A program made the translations under genes and the position numbers. A stretch of 64,000 bases of DNA from IMG/VR virus record IMGVR_UViG_3300032265_001591, positions 1 through 64,000 of that record. The stretch is one strand, 5' to 3'. Positions 56,401 to 64,000 of this stretch are shown piece after piece. Position 1 is the first letter of the stretch, and each line of letters begins with the position of its first letter. The DNA is from a virus. Under the pieces are notes generated by a model that was given only the letters and a program-made list of their open reading frames with translations, was not told the origin of the DNA and ran no database searches.

Positions 56401-57825
56401 GGAACAGCTAAGTTAATTCTTGAAAAGCAAGGAAAAGGTGAAGGATATTTTAGAAATCAAAAAGGCTTCTTGAGTCAAAATTCAAACTTATTTGATGGTC
56501 AATTCTATCAAGAATATTCTTATCAGATTATTTCTAGACTACCATTTGAAAAATATTCAGACATGTTTAAGAAAGTTTTACATGTAGCAGGTACTGAAGT
56601 ATTTGGTAAAGTACTACTCGAAGAAATTAATGAGTTACCAATAGAGATTGCTAATGTAAATCTAACGACAGCTAATGTGGTATTTAAAAATGTAGCAAAT
56701 ACTGAAGAGATTATTCCTAATCTTTTTGTGTATCAAACAAATGGTTCAGTCAACACTGCAACTGGTTATGCTAAAGATTATCCGTCTGCTGAATTAGTAT
56801 TAAGCAATACTACAGTTTCATATGAAGTAGGAGCAACAGTATATCAGTCTAATACACAAGTAAATGCTGCATCTGGTTATTTGCAATATAAGAGTTCAAA
56901 CGCAACTCACACAACTCTATACTTATCAAATACTAGAGGAACTTTTGCAAATACTTCAAATATTGAATCAATCATTCAACGTAAGATAGTAGTTAATCCT
57001 TTAGTTGATATTATTACGAAGAATGTATCTTTACCAAGCAATACTACTCAATCGTTTGTCTCTGGTGAAAGAGTGTATCAGGGTTCAGTTGGATCAGAAA
57101 CATTTATTGGAACAGTTATTGCATCTAATTCATCATTGATTAGAGTATCAACTACTTCAGGTTCAATTACTAACAATGCAACAATTTTAAGTTCTAATTC
57201 ATCTACTACTGCAATCGCTAATGGTGTTACATCAACAACTTTCTCAACATCACAAACAGCATATCAGCAAGTAAAGACATTATTCTTGAGTAATGTTTCT
57301 AATTCTTTCTCAAATGGTGAATCAGTTTATCAATATAAACTTAATTCAAGCGTATCTGCTAATGTTTATAATGTAAATACTGCAATAGGTAAAGTCGTAT
57401 CAGTCAATTCAACCGCAATTCAAGTGGTTAATATCTTTGGTAATTTTGCTAATACTAGACAAGTATTTGGTTCTACTTCCAATTCATATGGTGTAATAAA
57501 TTCGATAGTTTCTCAAAATTCAGCAACAGGAAACGTAGTGCTTTCAAATACTACAACATTAATTGTAAAAGACGTTGTTGGATCATTCGTGTCTAACCAA
57601 CAAATTCTTGGGGCAAACAGTGTAGCTAATGCTACATCAATAACATCAAATACTCAAATTATTCGTGAAAGCAATATTGCATCAGTAATAAATATACTAG
57701 TAATCTCAAATACGCAAGGCACTTTCAGTGCTAATTCGACTTCCAATGGTGTAGTAGTATTGTATTCTAATAATACAACTGCCGCAACCGCTAATTTAAC
57801 CGCAGTAAAGATAGAATCATTGTAA
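53401..57825 (+). CDS. Baseplate wedge initiator gp7-like
   Basis: QFP.F, FVKAYYEWLE, FY.SKGS..S..LFF, YQEYSY, H.AG. Confidence 0.8.
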   Translation: MKDIEKNISTLIQSQFPSFYNEEGEMFIAFVKAYYEWLEENGNTLYHSRRLLEYSDVDRTLDTFIKQFKEQYLKNIVFTTDSNKQLFIKHALEFYKSKGSQRSIDLFFRLVYGIPAEVYVPADDIFRLSASEYTTPYYLEVTRQPNNINFVGSQITGALSGATAFVEKLIRKRINSQNIDVFFISNINKDFQVHEPISYSNNFSDSPRIIGSLSRFEVIAGGSGFAVGDIVDIDSTTTGAQAKGRVTEVDNVTGVVEFALVDGGWGFSTNAQVIVSERVLVVNNVIMANTSVPNTYLLFEKVTQPLANIIFTTITGAFAPKDVFQKYHSNGSLAANGRILAVTQNTVTKTGELLVNTNRGNVELGTSTLYISGNATYATATSITDKTATANVMGVSSNIVLYCYDSHGSFKINDEVYQGNSTVEWANGIVYNAIGTSANLTLTISNVNGIFRPSVANIYARASISTYAQVNSFSTAIGVYDVDNAFSKLESNYIRAQTPSGFVVVSTGGAGFVNAQALTLIGGTSTISTATATATTNATGGLTRVTITSGLSNYIDNETLTIQSGTSSTNATGVINIIPGSSTIANIELVSEGSLAGFSVGGLSHEETVVVNQDLISSNNAANVYFTNTAFILDGTGSGISSNGYGFIKFPVGNINSIILDCLDISSKVVGTITAITGISKGTNYTLDPFVAVVEPAIVAQGANDYIFTVMNATGNFANGELIQQSRNIANVNILTVSSATSGNVDILTVTDATAPFTLGEIIYQSNGTANIGYGTLQTSVITSNAGTMTIRPVSNGFSNGVYKIKGATSGANATVTLVSYNFFQVNEQIQQYANSTTVVANAIVQSVSINPTTRVGSITINSVSSNFQVSSNSSNGLIRGTLTVANAIVDTVNTANITVNTQALIHGVVNDSTLYVKRLSLANFFEVTTNSMVIGLSSGVSANLVAFDYDDTKSGINANVTANSTIANGHVVSLDLADSGFGYANGDVLDFISQDGSLLGTAKLILEKQGKGEGYFRNQKGFLSQNSNLFDGQFYQEYSYQIISRLPFEKYSDMFKKVLHVAGTEVFGKVLLEEINELPIEIANVNLTTANVVFKNVANTEEIIPNLFVYQTNGSVNTATGYAKDYPSAELVLSNTTVSYEVGATVYQSNTQVNAASGYLQYKSSNATHTTLYLSNTRGTFANTSNIESIIQRKIVVNPLVDIITKNVSLPSNTTQSFVSGERVYQGSVGSETFIGTVIASNSSLIRVSTTSGSITNNATILSSNSSTTAIANGVTSTTFSTSQTAYQQVKTLFLSNVSNSFSNGESVYQYKLNSSVSANVYNVNTAIGKVVSVNSTAIQVVNIFGNFANTRQVFGSTSNSYGVINSIVSQNSATGNVVLSNTTTLIVKDVVGSFVSNQQILGANSVANATSITSNTQIIRESNIASVINILVISNTQGTFSANSTSNGVVVLYSNNTTAATANLTAVKIESL

Positions 57826-57826
57826 A

Positions 57827-60800
57827 ATGGCAGCAAATACACATAAACTTGTCACAAATAATTTTAAAAACTATTCGGTTAATCAGTTTATTGAATCATT
57901 AACTGAACCCGCAAATACTATTTTTTATGCGTTTGCCGGTAAACATACTGAATATACTGGTGGTGATTCTAATGTTGCGTATCCAAATAATAGCACTCAA
58001 TCATTGAGTATTGATGCTTATAGACAGATGGTATTTGGAAAACAAATTACCGGTAATGATGTTAAAGTTATGATTCCACGGTATGATTGGACAGCCGGGA
58101 CAGTGTACACACAATACAGCGATCAAGATGGTGAATTATTTGGAAAGATGTTTTATACAATATCGCGTGCTGGAAGCAATTATTACGTATTTAAATGCTT
58201 GTTTAATAACAATGGTGCGTCATCTACAATTAGACCTGATTATAATGAAACTGCAGCAGATGATATTATCTATGAAACTTCAGATGGATATCAGTGGAAA
58301 TATCTTTTTACAATTACTAAAGATGTATTTGATAAATTTGCAACAACTAGTTACATACCAGTAGTAGAAGATACTAATGTCACTGCAAATGCAATATTTG
58401 GTGCAATTGATGTTATTACAGTTTCAAGTAATGGTGCCGGATATAATAATTTTTATAGCGGGCAATTTAAAACTGAAGACGTTGCTGTAAATGGTAATAA
58501 TTTAGTATATAACGTAGGATCTGATGCTTCTCCTGCAAATAATCAATATTATAGTTGTATCATTAAGATCACTGAAGGAAAAGGAAAAGGCGGTTACAGA
58601 AAAGTAAATGGTTATCGGGTTTCAGGAAATACTAAACAGATCATAGTCAATAGTGCATTTACTACTACGCCAGATGCAACTTCTACTTATGAAATTTCTC
58701 CTTTAGTTTTAATCACTGGTGATGGAAAACAAACTACCGAAGCTGAAGCACGAGCACTGGTCAATACTGCAGCAAGCAATTCAATCTATAAAGTTGAAGT
58801 ATTAAATAGAGGCGCCGGATATTACTTTGCTTTTGCAAATGTTCAAGTTTCAAATGTTATCTCTATTTCTAATTCTGCTAATCTGTCGGTTGTTATACCT
58901 CCACGGGGTGGTCACGGCGCAAATGTTCAAGCCGAACTTGGAGGTTCCAGAGCAGGAATTAGTGTTTCATTTGCAAATGGTGAATCTAATACTATTCTTA
59001 CTGAAAACGATTATAGAGTAATCGGTATCATTAAAGATCCTGCATTCTCAAACGTTGGATTAACTGTTGGAAATATTTCTGGTACATTTACAGCAAATGA
59101 AAAGCTTTATCAAGTAAGACCAATTAAAATAGACGGAATGGTTACGATTAGTAATATAAGTAATACTATTACTTCAAATAGTATTAATCTTCAAGACACG
59201 TTTAAAGTAAATGACTATGTTTACATTGCAGATCTTAAAGGTTCAGAAGTAACTAACATTCTTGTTTCTCAAGGCGGAAGTGGTTACGTTACTGGTGAAA
59301 GCTTAACTTTCACAGGTGGCGGTGGTTCAAACGCAGTAGCATATGCTGTAACTGTAAATGGAGCAATCACGGAAGTAAGATTCAATAGCATCACTAATCT
59401 TACATTCTTCTCAGGTGGATCAGGATTCAGAAATAATCAATCTTTGGGAATTACGGGTCAAACTTCCGGAAATTCTTCAGCTATTGGGTTTGCCACAACA
59501 AATGCTACTGGTGGACTTACAAGCATTACTCTTACTTCCGGAGGAAAAGGGTATACGAATAATGAAACAGTAACTGTTCGAGGCCAAGCAAGTTACGTAA
59601 ATGGAACTGTTCTATTTTCTAATACTACAGCTCAAACTTTCTTTGGTAACACAACTTCTGTTTTAATAGGTAATTCTACAACTAATGGATTTATTGGTCT
59701 TGGCACAAACCAAACGAGATTTGTTAACAATGATATTGTAACATATATTGCAAACAGTGGAAACACAGTTTTGGGTGGATTAACTAATAATACTTCTTAT
59801 TTTGTAATTACAACAAATGCTACTCATATTCAATTAACAGCAACAAATAGTGGTGCTGCTATTAATTTAACATCAGTTCCTACATCAATACAAACACATT
59901 CTCTTACACCACTTAGTGCATCATTAACTAATGCAGTATACACGGCTACAGTTCCTAATGGAGGTGCTGGGTTTACAAATAACCAAACAGTAAACATCAA
60001 AGGTGTAAATTCTGTAGTGAATGTTGCAACTGGATTAGCTACAACAAATGTAACTGGTGGATTAACTTCTGTGACTATTGTTGAAAATGGATTTTGTTAT
60101 GTAGAAAATGAATCAGTTCAAATTAGTAGTTCAACTTCAAGTTCTAATGCTTCAGGTACAGTTGACACCGCAAATGGCGTTATACGTTCAGCTATTTTGA
60201 GTTCTTCGGGATATGATTATTCATCAGCGCCATCAGTTGGAGTAACCACGACGGGTGGATCTGGTGCAAGTTTATCTGCAGTAGTTAATACAACTCCTGT
60301 TTCTTTACGAAGAATGTTAGCAAAAATTGGTTCAATTGCAAACACAACGTCTATAAGTTTAATGTCAAATGGGTTGTTTACAGATTCAACTGCTACAATC
60401 TTCTTAGCAAATGTTGGTGCATCTGGAACGATTGATACGTTTGATGTTGACTTAATTCAAGTTCAGAATAGTGTAGGTTTCTTTACTGTTAACTCGTTTG
60501 TAATTGGTAACACATCTCTTGCAACTGCAAACATTAATTCTATTCAGATTAGTAGCGCAACTAAGCCTTATACTACTTTTCTTCAAGCTAAGAGATATGA
60601 AGGATCTATTGCAATCAGTGGAACTTATGTAGAAGACGAAAAAGTAATTCAAGGTACTGCTGGTGCATTCCTTGCTAATGCATATCTGCATACTGCTAAT
60701 ACTTTAAACAATACGATTTATGTAACAGAAGAGCAAGGAAACTTTTTAATAGCTAATACTATTACTGGTGCTAATAGCGGTGCTACATTAACTATAAATA

Positions 60801-60919
60801 AGATTTACAAAGGCGACTTGGTTCCTTGGTCTGGCGATGTAGTATACATTCAAAACATGGACCCAATTGCACGTTCAGCTGAACAAACAGAGACAATAAA
60901 GATCATCTTGGAGCTCTAA
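57827..60919 (+). CDS. Baseplate wedge gp8-like with large insertions
   Basis: R.DW..GT.Y..Y, V.KCL.N, DGYQWKYL, P.GGHG, R..EQTE.IK.ILE. Confidence 0.8.
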   Translation: MAANTHKLVTNNFKNYSVNQFIESLTEPANTIFYAFAGKHTEYTGGDSNVAYPNNSTQSLSIDAYRQMVFGKQITGNDVKVMIPRYDWTAGTVYTQYSDQDGELFGKMFYTISRAGSNYYVFKCLFNNNGASSTIRPDYNETAADDIIYETSDGYQWKYLFTITKDVFDKFATTSYIPVVEDTNVTANAIFGAIDVITVSSNGAGYNNFYSGQFKTEDVAVNGNNLVYNVGSDASPANNQYYSCIIKITEGKGKGGYRKVNGYRVSGNTKQIIVNSAFTTTPDATSTYEISPLVLITGDGKQTTEAEARALVNTAASNSIYKVEVLNRGAGYYFAFANVQVSNVISISNSANLSVVIPPRGGHGANVQAELGGSRAGISVSFANGESNTILTENDYRVIGIIKDPAFSNVGLTVGNISGTFTANEKLYQVRPIKIDGMVTISNISNTITSNSINLQDTFKVNDYVYIADLKGSEVTNILVSQGGSGYVTGESLTFTGGGGSNAVAYAVTVNGAITEVRFNSITNLTFFSGGSGFRNNQSLGITGQTSGNSSAIGFATTNATGGLTSITLTSGGKGYTNNETVTVRGQASYVNGTVLFSNTTAQTFFGNTTSVLIGNSTTNGFIGLGTNQTRFVNNDIVTYIANSGNTVLGGLTNNTSYFVITTNATHIQLTATNSGAAINLTSVPTSIQTHSLTPLSASLTNAVYTATVPNGGAGFTNNQTVNIKGVNSVVNVATGLATTNVTGGLTSVTIVENGFCYVENESVQISSSTSSSNASGTVDTANGVIRSAILSSSGYDYSSAPSVGVTTTGGSGASLSAVVNTTPVSLRRMLAKIGSIANTTSISLMSNGLFTDSTATIFLANVGASGTIDTFDVDLIQVQNSVGFFTVNSFVIGNTSLATANINSIQISSATKPYTTFLQAKRYEGSIAISGTYVEDEKVIQGTAGAFLANAYLHTANTLNNTIYVTEEQGNFLIANTITGANSGATLTINKIYKGDLVPWSGDVVYIQNMDPIARSAEQTETIKIILEL

Positions 60920-63900
60920 ATGCCTATTAAGACAAACCTTGAATCACCACCATATTTTGATGACTATGATGGTAATAATGACTACTATAAGGTACTTTTT
61001 AAGCCTGGAGTTCCTGTTCAGGTTAGAGAACTTAATCAGCTTCAAACCATGCTTCAGTCACAGATTGAACGGTTTGGCGATAATATCTTTAAGCGCGGAA
61101 CAATAATTGATGGTTGTGGTTTTACTTTTCATGACAATATTCCATATATTAAAATCAAAGATAGTGAAGCCAATACCGGAGCTCCAGTAAACGTTGCAGG
61201 TTATCCTGGTCTATATGCACGGAATGAAACCACAAACGTTCATGCGTATGTTATTGCATCCAACACTGGGTTCGAAACGCAAGCTCCCGATTTAAATACT
61301 CTATACTTAAAGTATATAAACAGTGGTACTGCCGGTGAAGCATCATTTTCTTCAAATGACCAAATTATAATCTATAATAAAGAAGAATCAGTTTATGAAG
61401 TTGGTATTGATAATGGAAGCACAGGATTTTCAAATACAGATTCAGTATTATTTTTAAGTTCCATAACAGTACAGAATTCTTCTTCAGGAAAGACATTCTC
61501 AAATAGTTCAGGACTTCTTTCTACATTTTCTGCTGGCCAAACAATTATTGGATCTACTTCTGGTGCTCAAGCTGTAGTTGTAGAAGCAAATACTACAGCA
61601 AATGCTGAAGCAATTGTTCTCAAAATAAGACCAGTTTATACAGACCTAACCGCAAACCCAGCAAATACTGCAAAGTGGACTTTTGCTTCTGAAGAAAATA
61701 TTACAGTAACTACTGGCCCAACAAATGCACGATTAATTAATAAAATTGGTTCAGGCGCAACTGGTTCACTCGTCACAGATGGTGCAGGTAAGCTTATAAC
61801 ACTTACCGTTACTTCTGGTGGCCAAGGATATTATGTTCCTCCTTTTGCTACTATTATTTCTACTGGAGGCACTCCAAGCGCTCTTTCTTTAGAATCAAGA
61901 AATTATTTTGCTAAAGTTATTGTTGCAACTGTAGACTCTTCTGTAGGAACCGGATATGGTTTCTCTATTAGTAATGGCGTAATATATCAATTAGGTTATT
62001 TTTCAAGAGTTGCAAATCAGTTTACCATTGTTGAAAAGTATTCAAATACACCTGACGCAAAAGTAGTTGGGTTTGATACCACAGAAATTATTAAGAACAG
62101 CAATCAAGATCAGTCTCTTCTTGATAATGCTTTAGGAACATTTAATTATACAGCACCAGGCGCAGATCGTCTTGAACTAGTTCCTACTCTTGTAGTTCTT
62201 GATAAAACTGATGCTGATGCAAACAATGACTTCTTCTCTATTGTTGAATTTTCTGAAGGTAAACCCTTTAAACAGAATAGAGTAACACAGTATAAAGCAA
62301 TTGAAGATGAACTTGCTAAAAGAACATACGAAGAAAGTGGTGATTATGTTCTTGATCCTTTCTTGGTTTCTACTCTTTCTGATGAAAATTTTGAATGGAC
62401 TGATGCTGGTACTTCAAACGAAGCAAACAATTTTGATATAATCATTGATCCAGGCAAGGCATATATTAGTGGTTATCGCGTAGAGACGATGGGTAACTAC
62501 AGAGCAACTCTTGATAAATCTGTTGACACCGAAATTGCATTGAATAGATCTGCTGGTGTAAATTATGAAAACTTTATTCACGTTAAGAACGTTGCAGGAG
62601 TATTCTTATTCTCAACAGGTGACGTAGTTTCTTTACGCGATACTGCTAAAACATTCTTAACGACTGGATCAAACTACGGCATTGCACCAACTGCTGCTGG
62701 TTCTGAAATTGGTTCTGCAAGAATTAGGTCAATGATATATGAATCAGGAATTCCTGGTTCAAATCAAGCAATATATCGGTTATACCTATTTGATATTTCA
62801 ATGAACACTGGCAAGAACTTTAAAGATGTTCGCTCATTGTTCTATGATGGTGCAACTTATGATGGTGTAGCTGATGTTATTTTAGACACAACTTCATTAG
62901 GCACAAGCATTGCATCTCTTCAAGGAACAGCTAATGATATATTAGTTTTCCGAGTTGGTGAAAAAGCAGTTAAATCTGTCAACAACATTTCATATACGTA
63001 TAGAACAATTAATCAAACTGCGCTAACTGCAAACGCAGCTGGTAAGATTACAATAACAGTTACTGGTAATGAAACATTCCCTTATCTTGGTACGCTCAAT
63101 TCAAATGAAAAAGAAGACATTATTGTAATTCCCCTTGCCAATATTGCTGCTGCAGCTGCTATCACCGGAACTATTTCAGTCAATACTACAACGACAAATG
63201 TAGTTGGAACTGGAACAAGTTTTACTACTCAATTTGAAGCTGGTGATTATATTAAAATTTCTGCAAACTCTACTGGTGGATTTGATCATAGAAGAATCAC
63301 AAGCATTACGAATGGTACATTTTTAACTATTGATTCTTATGCTTCTTTTACAAATGCTGTTTCGACCGCCACGTTTGCTTTCCCTGCTTTTATTCCTGTT
63401 CCTCTTTCAACAAGAACTGGGCGTGTTGCAAACGTTGATATCGCTCAACAAACAATGATCATTGATTTAAACCAGACATTGAGCGGCGCAAATAACGTTG
63501 CTGTTGCATATAATGTAAAAGTAACTAATGCTACTCCAATTGCTAAGCAAGCTCAAAGAAATCTATTTGTTCGTATAGACTGCTCCAATAATACGGGTAA
63601 CACTTCTGGTCCTTGGACTCTAGGCGTACCAGATGTATTCAGACTGAGAAAAGTTTATAAGGGAACAACAAATACATTCACATCTGCTACATCCGGAATA
63701 GAAGATGTTACAAGAAACTTTGTGATTGATCATAATCAAGATGAGAACGTATATAACCAAAGCTATCTTTACATTAAGCCTGGTACCAATCAGACTTTGG
63801 TGGGTGGTGATAGACTATTAGTTCAATTTGATTGTTTCTCCAACAATTTATCAAATACGCTATTCAGTATTGGTTCATATACTGAAAATGATACTAAACT

Positions 63901-64000
63901 ATTAGCTAATCTTACTATAAGCGTTAACAGATTAGAAATTCCTCAGATGATTACTTCTAGAGGACAGAATGTAGATTTAATTGAATACTTTGATTTTAGA
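60920..64000 (+). CDS. Large virion structural/tail protein (DUF4815/VrlC-like), runs off window end
   Basis: Begins MPIKTNLESPPYFDDY...LFKPG.PVQ.RELNQLQ; later APGADRL and RTYEESGDY; full frame continuity not checked base by base. Confidence 0.85.
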   Translation, partial: MPIKTNLESPPYFDDYDGNNDYYKVLFKPGVPVQVRELNQLQTMLQSQIERFGDNIFKRGTIIDGCGFTFHDNIPYIKIKDSEANTGAPVNVAGYPGLYARNETTNVHAYVIASNTGFETQAPDLNTLYLKYINSGTAGEASFSSNDQIIIYNKEESVYEVGIDNGSTGFSNTDSVLFLSSITVQNSSSGKTFSNSSGLLSTFSAGQTIIGSTSGAQAVVVEANTTANAEAIVLKIRPVYTDLTANPANTAKWTFASEENITVTTGPTNARLINKIGSGATGSLVTDGAGKLITLTVTSGGQGYYVPPFATIISTGGTPSALSLESRNYFAKVIVATVDSSVGTGYGFSISNGVIYQLGYFSRVANQFTIVEKYSNTPDAKVVGFDTTEIIKNSNQDQSLLDNALGTFNYTAPGADRLELVPTLVVLDKTDADANNDFFSIVEFSEGKPFKQNRVTQYKAIEDELAKRTYEESGDYVLDPFLVSTLSDENFEWTDAGTSNEANNFDIIIDPGKAYISGYRVETMGNYRATLDKSVDTEIALNRSAGVNYENFIHVKNVAGVFLFSTGDVVSLRDTAKTFLTTGSNYGIAPTAAGSEIGSARIRSMIYESGIPGSNQAIYRLYLFDISMNTGKNFKDVRSLFYDGATYDGVADVILDTTSLGTSIASLQGTANDILVFRVGEKAVKSVNNISYTYRTINQTALTANAAGKITITVTGNETFPYLGTLNSNEKEDIIVIPLANIAAAAAITGTISVNTTTTNVVGTGTSFTTQFEAGDYIKISANSTGGFDHRRITSITNGTFLTIDSYASFTNAVSTATFAFPAFIPVPLSTRTGRVANVDIAQQTMIIDLNQTLSGANNVAVAYNVKVTNATPIAKQAQRNLFVRIDCSNNTGNTSGPWTLGVPDVFRLRKVYKGTTNTFTSATSGIEDVTRNFVIDHNQDENVYNQSYLYIKPGTNQTLVGGDRLLVQFDCFSNNLSNTLFSIGSYTENDTKLLANLTISVNRLEIPQMITSRGQNVDLIEYFDFR

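Overview
About 64 kb of a large T4-like myovirus genome (primase gp61, gp59, gp32, gp33, RNase H, nrdAB, thyX, phoH, baseplate gp53/gp5/gp25/gp6-8, gp2, gp4, TATAAATA late promoters). It has three parts. (1) 1-~5500 is visibly GC-rich and holds about 20 small unknown ORFs. Eleven near-identical promoter+RBS cassettes (TGTACA-17 nt-TAGAAT...AAAGGA) drive them, and repeat/hairpin-rich non-coding DNA flanks them. (2) ~5800-20900 is an accessory region. It carries a methylotrophy module: speD, a 23-aa pqqA missed by the ORF track, and hexulose-6-phosphate synthase and isomerase of the RuMP pathway. It also has a circularly permuted two-piece tmRNA and a cluster of nuclease-, ligase- and nucleotidyltransferase-like proteins with T4-type capsid-targeting N-termini. 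(3) The rest is AT-rich core replication and tail genes plus six tRNAs, five of which read A-ending codons. The host is inferred to be a RuMP-type methylotroph or methanotroph. A probable -1 ribosomal frameshift fuses the gp26-like and gp51-like frames. All calls come from motif recognition by eye; no searches were run.
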